Shown here: positions 8,217 through 14,877 of the stretch, one piece after another
How positions within the stretch are numbered: position 1 is the first letter of the stretch
Layout of the letters: every line of letters begins with the position of its first letter
DNA from: a virus
Strand: one strand, 5' to 3'
Length of the DNA stretch: 64,000 bases
IMG/VR virus record: IMGVR_UViG_3300030202_002001
Coordinates: 1 to 64,000 of that record
Notes under the pieces: generated by a model
Databases searched by the model: none
What the model saw: the letters and a program-made list of their open reading frames with translations, nothing else
Told to the model about the DNA's origin: nothing
Position numbers and translations under genes: made by a program

Positions 8217-8402
8217 ATGTCTGCTAAAATACACAAGGATCTGCGTAAATTGATGAAATCTTATGATTTCACTCTTTATCGTGATGGCAATCACTATTCA
8301 TGGCATGGTCCTAATGGTGCCGTTGTTGTAACATCAAAGACGCCAGGAAAAGCGCGTTGGTTGAAAGAAATTGAGAAGAACATCAGGAGACAAATTGCAT
8401 GA
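8217..8402 (+). CDS. HicA-like small basic protein (dsRBD-type mRNA interferase fold)
   Basis: 61 aa: LRKLMKSYDFTLYRDGNHYSWHGPNGAVVVTSKTP...LKEIEKNI matches the HicA alpha-beta-beta-beta-alpha pattern with a G-x-H histidine. Confidence 0.55.
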   Translation: MSAKIHKDLRKLMKSYDFTLYRDGNHYSWHGPNGAVVVTSKTPGKARWLKEIEKNIRRQIA

Positions 8403-8611
8403 AAATTGATGTCATTGCAAGAGCAATAGGTAGTTTTCTAGTTATTATCTCCTACTTCGTAATTCTTCATGTGAGTGCAACAGTAGGTGCTATGATGATG
8501 TTAACGGCCGACGCTATTTCGGTGCCGTACTTTATAAGAACTAAATCATGGGATGTGGTTCTTATGTTAACATTTTTACTTTGTATTTCATCTAGCAAGT
8601 TAATTTTATGA
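8399..8611 (+). CDS. Small membrane protein
   Basis: Three hydrophobic stretches. Confidence 0.7.
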   Translation: MKIDVIARAIGSFLVIISYFVILHVSATVGAMMMLTADAISVPYFIRTKSWDVVLMLTFLLCISSSKLIL

Positions 8612-9117
8612 TTTTGTACGATCTCCCCCCCGCTCCAATTGTTCAATGTGTTGATTGCACACCGAACGAGAAAAGAACACTTGAGTTTCTCCAAACAAGA
8701 GGAATTCGCAGCAAAAATGCACTTGCTGTTGTGATGGGTAATATTCAACAAGAGTCTAGATTTGACACTCTTATTTGTGAAGGTGGATTTAGAACTGGTT
8801 ATCATGATTGTCACCGTGGTGGGTTTGGTTTGATTCAGTGGACTACACCTAATCGTTATCGTGGTTTAGGTAAGTTTGCTGAAAAGTATGGTGGCAATGT
8901 TAATGTGATCGACACACAATTGCGTTACATGGTTAACGAACCTCAGTGGACTCGTTATGAACTTTATCTCAAAAGTGAAGATCAATCAATCGGTTTCTAT
9001 ATGAAACATGCATATAATTGGTTGGGTTGGGGTATTCATGGAAACCGTACTTTATACTCTAAACAATACTTAAATCGTTTCAGTGTGACAGTGCCCGAAC
9101 TGTCCACTATCGGTTGA
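8608..9117 (+). CDS. Phage-tail-lysozyme-like (Phage_lysozyme2) peptidoglycan hydrolase
   Basis: A.A..MGNIQQES...GFGLIQWT...R...L...TQL.Y motif set. Confidence 0.8.
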   Translation: MILYDLPPAPIVQCVDCTPNEKRTLEFLQTRGIRSKNALAVVMGNIQQESRFDTLICEGGFRTGYHDCHRGGFGLIQWTTPNRYRGLGKFAEKYGGNVNVIDTQLRYMVNEPQWTRYELYLKSEDQSIGFYMKHAYNWLGWGIHGNRTLYSKQYLNRFSVTVPELSTIG

Positions 9118-9141
9118 AACGCTCCCGTTTTCCTGTATTAT
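9086..9141 (+). promoter_or_regulatory. Early promoter cassette, copy 5
   Basis: TGACAGTG-CCCG-AACTGTC(CAC); TTGAAA at 9114; TATTAT at 9136-9141 (31 nt gap). Confidence 0.75.
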
Positions 9142-9165
9142 AAGAGAGTCAAAGGAACACACCTC

Positions 9166-9432
9166 ATGCAACTCACAAACTCCGCCACCATCGTTGATTT
9201 CTTCCCTGAGGCATTTATTGCCGAGGCTGATGACAACAAAGGCATGAAAGTTGTGATCAAGCGTTTTAACAAGCGTGTTACTTTCCGCGCTACTGGTCAA
9301 AAATCATACAGCACAGTTGTTATGACTGATGCTAAAAATGAGTGGTGTGAGCGTATTGCTAACGGTGCTGAGGTTACTAACTACAACACCGAAAAAATGC
9401 CTCGCTCTGAATATATGCCAATGGCATGCTGA
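9166..9432 (+). CDS. Hypothetical protein
   Basis: ORF track; first gene after cassette 5. Confidence 0.75.
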   Translation: MQLTNSATIVDFFPEAFIAEADDNKGMKVVIKRFNKRVTFRATGQKSYSTVVMTDAKNEWCERIANGAEVTNYNTEKMPRSEYMPMAC

Positions 9433-9462
9433 TTAAATACTATTGTCTTTCTATTTCGATCA

Positions 9463-9621
9463 ATGACAACCGACACATTTAGCACTATTGAGTTGACCTC
9501 TGGTCAAGCAGATTTGATTCTGTGGTGCATTGAACAAATGTATATCGATCTGAGTGATGCTGAAGAGCAGGATCTTAGACCAATCATGTCCAAACTAGCA
9601 GAGATTTCTGATCATGAGTAA
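9463..9621 (+). CDS. Small acidic hypothetical protein (52 aa)
   Basis: Read manually: MTTDTFSTIELT... Confidence 0.55.
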   Translation: MTTDTFSTIELTSGQADLILWCIEQMYIDLSDAEEQDLRPIMSKLAEISDHE

Positions 9622-9778
9622 CATTCAAGATGTGACAGATTCTGCCGCTGATTGGCAAGATTTCTGGGAGAATGAAGATGAGGTGTCAACAGATCTTGAA
9701 GGTTGGCAAAAGCGTTATGTTGAGTCTGCCATTAATGGCGGCGTTATTTGTAAGCGTGAGTCAATGCTATCTGACTAA
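9614..9778 (+). CDS. Small acidic hypothetical protein (54 aa)
   Basis: Read manually: MSNIQDVTDSAADWQDFWENE... Confidence 0.55.
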   Translation: MSNIQDVTDSAADWQDFWENEDEVSTDLEGWQKRYVESAINGGVICKRESMLSD

Positions 9779-10069
9779 ATGGAACTAGAATTACCGCCTG
9801 ATTTTATTCATGAACCGCCCGAAGGATATTCATACTCCGTCAAATCTTTCAAAAATGGTGTGCTGGGTATTTGGTTATTGCATCATCGTGAGTACATTTT
9901 TAGTAGCGATGCAGTTAGCACAATCTGGGGCTTTTATGCCACAAAGAAACAACAATACCATGCACCCATTAATGCAAAGAAAGTAGGCAAGATTGTGAAC
10001 ATTGATGATACAACACCATTCACCGCAATGCAACTTAACCTAAATCCGCTCATGGAAGCGTTCAGCTAA
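9779..10069 (+). CDS. Conserved cyanophage hypothetical protein
   Basis: FIHEPPEGYSY...IWGFY...PIN..KVG...TTP.TAM.LNLNPL. Confidence 0.75.
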   Translation: MELELPPDFIHEPPEGYSYSVKSFKNGVLGIWLLHHREYIFSSDAVSTIWGFYATKKQQYHAPINAKKVGKIVNIDDTTPFTAMQLNLNPLMEAFS

Positions 10070-10135
10070 GACAGTTGACAGAGTGTCCACTAACCGCCCC
10101 ACGGGCGGTTTTTTTGTGCCATACTAACAGTATGG
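10069..10135 (+). promoter_or_regulatory. Early promoter cassette, copy 6
   Basis: AGACAGTT-GACA-GAGTGTC(CAC), then 32 nt, then TG-C-CATACT (10120-10125). Confidence 0.75.
10093..10115 (+). terminator. Rho-independent terminator embedded in cassette 6
   Basis: ACCGCCC-CAC-GGGCGGT hairpin followed by a T run. Confidence 0.7.
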
Positions 10136-10155
10136 AAAACAAAGGAACCCGCACC

Positions 10156-10320
10156 ATGACCAAACGAGAAGCAAAAGCAAATTTCCTCGCTGTCTCTGTT
10201 GAGGAAAAACTCAACGACAAACCCGCAATGCGCTTCGCTTGGGGTGTATATACCGATCTACTTTGTAGAGAAGGTTATATCACCATGAAGCAATATGAAT
10301 CATGGGTTTGCCCTTTCTGA
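10156..10320 (+). CDS. Hypothetical protein (probable paralogue of 10506-10673); alternative leaderless start at 10132
   Basis: MTKREAKANF...DLLCREGYITMKQYESWVCPF. Confidence 0.65.
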   Translation: MTKREAKANFLAVSVEEKLNDKPAMRFAWGVYTDLLCREGYITMKQYESWVCPF

Positions 10321-10344
10321 TCACAATTCACTCTCTTTTTTATT

Positions 10345-10503
10345 ATGAACAAAGCAGTCGAAAAGCATCTCTCAGACCCATACAATCGCCTTCGCTATTT
10401 GTATGATTTTCTAGACAGAGATGATGATGACATGGATGCAAAATGTTATCCACGAATCTATCACTATCTCTCATTTGTAACTGACTCTGAATCTCACTAT
10501 TGA
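10345..10503 (+). CDS. Small hypothetical protein (52 aa)
   Basis: Read manually: MNKAVEKHLSDPYNRLRYLY... Confidence 0.55.
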   Translation: MNKAVEKHLSDPYNRLRYLYDFLDRDDDDMDAKCYPRIYHYLSFVTDSESHY

Positions 10504-10505
10504 TC

Positions 10506-10673
10506 ATGCTTAAAAAAAATCTCATTCGCGTAGTTGGTGACACTGCAAGAGGTGTTGATCCTAATATGTCACGATTAGATAAGTTTGAAGTTTTCTGCCG
10601 TGTTTGTGATGGTCTACTGGAAGACGGTAGAATATCATCAGCACAACATTCATCCTGGACAAACATTTTTTGA
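10506..10673 (+). CDS. Small hypothetical protein (55 aa)
   Basis: Read manually: MLKKNLIRVV...DGLLEDGRISSAQHSSWTNIF. Confidence 0.6.
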   Translation: MLKKNLIRVVGDTARGVDPNMSRLDKFEVFCRVCDGLLEDGRISSAQHSSWTNIF

Positions 10674-10675
10674 TC

Positions 10676-10807
10676 ATGCGTATTATCTTCACTCTTCTCA
10701 TTGTTATTCTTGGGGCTAATTTTGTTGTTGATCTCATGGATTCTAGTTTAGTTGATGTCATTCAAGAGCGTAACGAAACAATCGAGAAAATGATGCAAGA
10801 CATGTGA
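10676..10807 (+). CDS. Small protein with an N-terminal hydrophobic helix (43 aa)
   Basis: Read manually: MRIIFTLLIVILGANF... Confidence 0.55.
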   Translation: MRIIFTLLIVILGANFVVDLMDSSLVDVIQERNETIEKMMQDM

Positions 10808-10871
10808 CACCGCACAAGGTGTCCACTCATCGCCCCAAAACCCCAAAATCTGTGCCATACTTACAGTATGG
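10805..10871 (+). promoter_or_regulatory. Early promoter cassette, copy 7 (near-duplicate of copy 6)
   Basis: TGACACCG-CACA-AGGTGTC(CAC), then 32 nt, then CATACT (10856-10861); shares TGTGCCATACTwACAGTATGGAAAACAAAG with copy 6. Confidence 0.75.
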
Positions 10872-11104
10872 AAAACAAAGCAAACATGATCACCAAAGGC
10901 ATCGTAGGCAAGATCGCAACCGATCCCGCTTTTCTCTCTGCTCTAGAGGGTCTCGATTCTTTCGTTTTTGATAACTCTGCCGATCTTGATATGGCATATG
11001 ATTGGATCGCTGATCAAACTGGAATCGATTCTTTTGTTTATGACAAAAAAGCATTTGATCTCTTCTATGATGCTTTCGACGCTACACAATCACTCGATGA
11101 CTAA
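10868..11104 (+). CDS. Highly acidic small protein (alternative start at 10886)
   Basis: 15 D/E against 4 K in the 72 aa from 10886. Confidence 0.7.
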   Translation: MENKANMITKGIVGKIATDPAFLSALEGLDSFVFDNSADLDMAYDWIADQTGIDSFVYDKKAFDLFYDAFDATQSLDD

Positions 11105-11135
11105 AACTTACACACTTTTCTCTGATTTACACAAA

Positions 11136-11315
11136 ATGACTATTTCAAACCCTTATGTTGAAACTCTCGTCGAAATGGGATATGATCGACAAGATGTAGA
11201 AGTTGCTTCTACAATGTTTCAAAAGAAAACTTTCCCTTGTGTTATTCACGGTCGTCAATTTGACACCGAAGAACAATATCATCAAGAGTTGCACGACTTC
11301 ATGAACGGTATGTGA
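11136..11315 (+). CDS. Hypothetical protein
   Basis: MTISNPYVETLVEMGYDRQDVEVA... Confidence 0.65.
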   Translation: MTISNPYVETLVEMGYDRQDVEVASTMFQKKTFPCVIHGRQFDTEEQYHQELHDFMNGM

Positions 11316-11524
11316 TTATGTCTCTTATCAAACAACATTTGCACGATCAATTAATGTCACAAGATCAACTGACTGAGATGCTCACACTCTCCGAACAAAT
11401 TCAGGAGAATATACAAGTTGCGGGAGAATTGTGGGAGATGAGTGATTTTGAGGTTTCTGCCCTTTGTGGTATGGTAGCCGATGCATTTTACGACAAAGGC
11501 ATCACAATGGAAAGTCTGATCTAA
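11312..11524 (+). CDS. Acidic hypothetical protein
   Basis: ORF track; start position uncertain. Confidence 0.6.
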   Translation: MIMSLIKQHLHDQLMSQDQLTEMLTLSEQIQENIQVAGELWEMSDFEVSALCGMVADAFYDKGITMESLI

Positions 11525-11580
11525 CCAGTTGGCAAAGTGGCACACACCCCCTTGTGAAATGCTGCCAAAGCGGTTATATT
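11523..11580 (+). promoter_or_regulatory. Early promoter cassette, copy 8
   Basis: AACCAGTT-GGCA-AAGTGGC(AC), then about 33 nt, then TATATT (11575-11580). Confidence 0.7.
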
Positions 11581-11638
11581 ATAGAAGTGGAGGGGACAGC
11601 ACCTCTCCCGCCTCTTAACTCTCTTCTCTTCTCTCATC

Positions 11639-11986
11639 ATGCGTAAAATCGAAACCAACATGAACGCCGCTGTTCAAAGCAACCGCGACTGGTCATCATC
11701 TAACACAACTGTTCATTTTAACGAAGAAACTCAGACTTCTATTGTTCGACTTCATGGCAACAAAATTGCAGAGGTTACTGATGACACCATGACGATCTTT
11801 GATGGCGGTTGGCAGTCCAACACCACAAAATCTCGCCTTAATGCACTTTGCGATGAATTCTGCATTGCTGGTGAAGGTGTATTTCAGAAAGATTTTATCT
11901 GGTATGTAAGAAAGTTTGCAGGTGCTATCAACGGCAAAAATGTATATGTCAATGAGAAGTTTGAATCTGGTTACACCTTCGCTTGA
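11639..11986 (+). CDS. Conserved phage hypothetical protein
   Basis: MRKIE..M..A......W...NT.V...V.LHGN.IA...GGWQS.TTKSRLNAL pattern. Confidence 0.8.
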   Translation: MRKIETNMNAAVQSNRDWSSSNTTVHFNEETQTSIVRLHGNKIAEVTDDTMTIFDGGWQSNTTKSRLNALCDEFCIAGEGVFQKDFIWYVRKFAGAINGKNVYVNEKFESGYTFA

Positions 11987-12024
11987 TTTAATTGTTTCAC
12001 CTTAACCTCTACATTCAAGATCCA

Positions 12025-12342
12025 ATGGCAAAATCACACGCAATCATCATGTCCCACAAAGGCAAACTCTCAATCGAAAAACTATCTCAAGGGATCGATT
12101 TTCATTCTGATTCTTTTGCTGAGGTTGCGATTGAATTTGATAATGATAGCGTCACACGAGTTTCTAACTTTATCGCTAAATATGAAGAGTTCATCAATCT
12201 CAGTATTCTGAGGTTTGATAGTCCTGCATTTGTATTCAAACTCGGTGCATCCTCACAAAAGGAAATCGCCCGCATTTGTGATATAATGCTAGAGGATATC
12301 GATGTTATCGATTTGGAAATTCTTTCAACAGAGGGGAACTAA
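12025..12342 (+). CDS. Hypothetical protein
   Basis: ORF track, trimmed to ATG 12025. Confidence 0.6.
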   Translation: MAKSHAIIMSHKGKLSIEKLSQGIDFHSDSFAEVAIEFDNDSVTRVSNFIAKYEEFINLSILRFDSPAFVFKLGASSQKEIARICDIMLEDIDVIDLEILSTEGN

Positions 12343-12344
12343 CC

Positions 12345-12512
12345 ATGAGCAAAATCGACAAACTTTTTGATCAGCATATCGAAGCACTCATGGATGACAT
12401 TCCAGAAGAGATGTGGTATAATAAACAAGGGCAAACAATTCTAGACGAAGATATCTCCGTTGAAGAATCTGTGCCCTCGTTTGTTAAACTTGAATGTCTC
12501 TCATCATGGTAA
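12345..12512 (+). CDS. Small acidic hypothetical protein (55 aa)
   Basis: Read manually: MSKIDKLFDQHIEALMDDIPEEMWY...; GAGGGG SD. Confidence 0.55.
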   Translation: MSKIDKLFDQHIEALMDDIPEEMWYNKQGQTILDEDISVEESVPSFVKLECLSSW

Positions 12513-12590
12513 AGCCCCCGATGATTAATTACGATCAAGAGTTATACAAACAGATCGTCATCTATTATCAACAATTGGACAGCGCCAAAA

Positions 12591-12800
12591 ATGACACAAC
12601 CCTTACAGGTCAAAGTAGAACTATCTCACACTCAGTTGAGTATGCTGAGAGCACTGATCATTCAGTATAGACAGACCTGGCAATCTAGAGGGGAATTGCC
12701 AACACATATCACAGACTTATTAGACTCAACAGATCATCAGCTAGTGGCATCATGTTCACCATCGGAGAGTCAGTTTCCTATGACGGATTGGACGGCGTAA
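12591..12800 (+). CDS. Hypothetical protein
   Basis: ORF track. Confidence 0.5.
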   Translation: MTQPLQVKVELSHTQLSMLRALIIQYRQTWQSRGELPTHITDLLDSTDHQLVASCSPSESQFPMTDWTA

Positions 12801-12937
12801 TTAACTTCATTTCTGAAGAATATGTCACCGTCTGTGTTAAACGCTATCCGTCCAATGGTAGATACGGAGAGACACAAGTGTGCCTCTGTGTGTACCCTGC
12901 GTATCAAGATAAGATAAGTCGTAGAGAGACCAATTAA
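12752..12937 (+). CDS. Conserved cyanophage hypothetical protein (SH3-like pattern)
   Basis: F..G..V.Y....GVI.FI.E.Y.T.C......V...VY. Confidence 0.65.
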   Translation: MFTIGESVSYDGLDGVINFISEEYVTVCVKRYPSNGRYGETQVCLCVYPAYQDKISRRETN

Positions 12938-13075
12938 ATGCTCTCTGAGTGTCACTGAAGTGCCTCTGAGTGAGTGATGCGGAAATTAAATAAATGTATT
13001 AAAAAATATATGTGTGTGTTTTGTTCGTTGAGTTAAATCTTTGAATTAATGTGCTCTCACGATGTTAGCTAAGCG

Positions 13076-13104
13076 AGCGTACCATGAGACTCGCAGTCTG
13101 TCAA
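13076..13104 (-). promoter_or_regulatory. Leftward sigma70-type promoter
   Basis: Minus strand reads TTGACA-17 nt-TACGCT with an extended TG. Confidence 0.65.
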
Positions 13105-13138
13105 GTATCAGGATTTTTATGTTACAGACAGGACACAA

Positions 13139-13168
13139 TTGGCAATCAGGCAGTCATCATGGTATAAT
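13139..13168 (+). promoter_or_regulatory. Rightward sigma70-type promoter
   Basis: TTGGCA-18 nt-TATAAT with an extended TG. Confidence 0.55.
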
Positions 13169-13429
13169 AGGGAGGACATCACCCAGAACATCCAATCTCA
13201 TGCCAGCCAACTAACACAAACTCATAGACAATCTGAGACATTCTGAGTATCACTGAGGGGGACCTACATCATGACACTCTGAGTATCACTTAGTGCCACA
13301 CAGTTGTTATCAGACAGTGGTTTAAATTCGATGGGTCCTTGTAACCTACAACGAACCGAATTCGACCTCTCAATATCAAGTGAATAAAAAAAAATTCTGA
13401 TATATAAGAGTGACTCCCAGGTCCACTGT

Positions 13430-13609
13430 ATGGAAAAAAAATCGCATAGAATTTCAACTACTGTAAGGATCGATCCTGTAACGGATGAATATGTCGTGAG
13501 TCTGCCAGAGTCTTTCTGTAATGAGTTAGATTGGTATGAGGGTACGGAGATTGTGATGAATCTAGATGTTGATGGAGTGTTCCTTGAAGAGGACTATGAT
13601 GATGAGTGA
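13430..13609 (+). CDS. AbrB/SpoVT/MazE-like small DNA-binding protein (59 aa)
   Basis: Read manually: ...EYVVSLPESFCNELDWYEGTEIVMNLDVDGVFL matches the swapped-hairpin pattern (V.LP.....L....G..+). Confidence 0.65.
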   Translation: MEKKSHRISTTVRIDPVTDEYVVSLPESFCNELDWYEGTEIVMNLDVDGVFLEEDYDDE

Positions 13610-13763
13610 GACAATCTTCCATGTTTATGATGGAGAGAAGTGTATCTTTGCAAGTCTGACCCCAGACGAATTAAAGAAGAAAATTATTAATAGTGAAATC
13701 GACCTGACAGACCACGAAGTCGAGATGGTCCGAGGCCCTGTTGACCCAGATTCGTCCTATTGA
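13596..13763 (+). CDS. Hypothetical protein
   Basis: (MM)MSETIFHVYDGEKC... Confidence 0.65.
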   Translation: MMMSETIFHVYDGEKCIFASLTPDELKKKIINSEIDLTDHEVEMVRGPVDPDSSY

Positions 13764-13788
13764 CTAGGACTATATAAACTGTTAGAAT
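13760..13788 (+). promoter_or_regulatory. Sigma70-type promoter
   Basis: TTGACT-17 nt-TAGAAT upstream of ATG 13810. Confidence 0.7.
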
Positions 13789-13809
13789 GATGAAGCGTAA
13801 TTAATCATT

Positions 13810-14568
13810 ATGGCTAAAGGATTTACTGTAAAAGCAAAAGCGCCCCAGAAGAAAGACGCAGAACCTGAATGGGATTATGATGCTGCCCGCGAGATGCTTA
13901 GGGGGAAAGCAATTGTATTCTGTCTTCCTGGTAGGGGTTGTTCATATACATTCATGAAGTCGTTCCTTCAACTGAGTTTTGACTTGGTTCAGATGGGCGC
14001 GAGTATTCAGATCTCACAAGACTACAGCAGTATGGTGAACTTCGCCCGCTGTAAGTGCTTGGGAGCAAATGTCCTTCGGGGTCCTGATCAGGTTCCCTGG
14101 GACGGCAAGTTGAAGTATGACTATCAACTTTGGATTGACTCGGATATTGTTTTCAATACTGAGAAGTTCCTGCAACTTGTTCTGATGGATCAGGACATTG
14201 CTGCTGGTTGGTACATGACTGAAGACGGTCGTACTACATCTGTTGCTCATTGGTTGGATGAAGGCGACTTCCGTAATAACGGTGGCGTCATGAACCACGA
14301 AACTGGTGAGACAATGACGAAGCGTAAGAAGCCCTTCACCGTAGACTACACAGGTTTCGGATGGGTGCTCATTAAGAATGGAGTCTTTGAGCATGAGGAG
14401 ATGAAGTATCCTTGGTTCGCTCCTAAGATGCAAGTCTTTGAGTCTGGCGATGTACAAGACATGTGTGGAGAGGATGTGAGTTTCTGTCTCGATGCAATCG
14501 AAGCAGGATTTGAGATCTGGTGTGATCCCCGTATCAGGGTCGGTCACGAGAAGACTCGGGTTATCTGA
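13810..14568 (+). CDS. GT-A-fold glycosyltransferase-like protein, conserved in cyanomyoviruses
   Basis: ARC, QLWIDSDIVF (DxD), GFGWVLIK.GVFE, GEDVSFC, VGHEK. Confidence 0.8.
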   Translation: MAKGFTVKAKAPQKKDAEPEWDYDAAREMLRGKAIVFCLPGRGCSYTFMKSFLQLSFDLVQMGASIQISQDYSSMVNFARCKCLGANVLRGPDQVPWDGKLKYDYQLWIDSDIVFNTEKFLQLVLMDQDIAAGWYMTEDGRTTSVAHWLDEGDFRNNGGVMNHETGETMTKRKKPFTVDYTGFGWVLIKNGVFEHEEMKYPWFAPKMQVFESGDVQDMCGEDVSFCLDAIEAGFEIWCDPRIRVGHEKTRVI

Positions 14569-14573
14569 TAACG

Positions 14574-14741
14574 ATGACAGTCTACACAATCTATGTTGAT
14601 GGTGCTGAGAGGCACACCGATGTGAGTGAAGACGAGTTCATGGATATAATGGATGAGTATGCCTACTCTTATTATCAGACAGGCACTCCTCATCCAAGCA
14701 ACATTTCACATATTATGAAGGAGACACATGGCCAAGATTAA
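14574..14741 (+). CDS. Small hypothetical protein (55 aa)
   Basis: Read manually: MTVYTIYVDG...YYQTGTPHP. Confidence 0.6.
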   Translation: MTVYTIYVDGAERHTDVSEDEFMDIMDEYAYSYYQTGTPHPSNISHIMKETHGQD

Positions 14742-14877
14742 AAAATCGATGCTCGGTGGCACATTTATTGAAGCAACCCCCAAAAAAACTCGGCAGGGTA
14801 ACGGTAAGCATACAAAACTTAGCGCGACGAGCGCGAACGCGGCTCGTAAAAGGTATCGTGGACAAGGTAAAAAATGA
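14728..14877 (+). CDS. Small basic protein (49 aa)
   Basis: Read manually: MAKIKKSML...PKKTRQG.G..TK.SA......KRYRGQGKK; AAGGAG SD. Confidence 0.7.
   Translation: MAKIKKSMLGGTFIEATPKKTRQGNGKHTKLSATSANAARKRYRGQGKK

Larger units (their letters stand above)
12944..13293 (+). repeat. Iteron-like TCTGAG(TRTCACT) repeats
   Basis: TCTGAG at 12944, 12965, 13232, 13242 and 13278; TCTGAGTRTCACT three times; variants at 12954, 13252 and 13288 give a 10-11 bp phase. Confidence 0.7.
12941..13429. other. Long non-coding interval; candidate replication origin
   Basis: No ORF of meaningful length; phased CTGAG repeats, an AT-rich tract, divergent sigma70-type promoters and a hairpin. Confidence 0.55.

Noticed and set aside
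1164-11580. Promoter cassettes as integron attC sites or IS ends
   Set aside because: There is no integrase or transposase in the window and no target duplications; the fixed spacing to a -10 box is better explained by transcription control.
12577-12632. Possible ninth cassette (GGACAGCG-CCAA-AAATGAC...CACACT)
   Set aside because: Both the palindrome and the -10 are too degenerate to support.
12941-13300. CTGAG repeats as a CRISPR array
   Set aside because: The repeats are 6-13 bp and irregularly spaced, with no constant repeat-spacer period and no cas genes.
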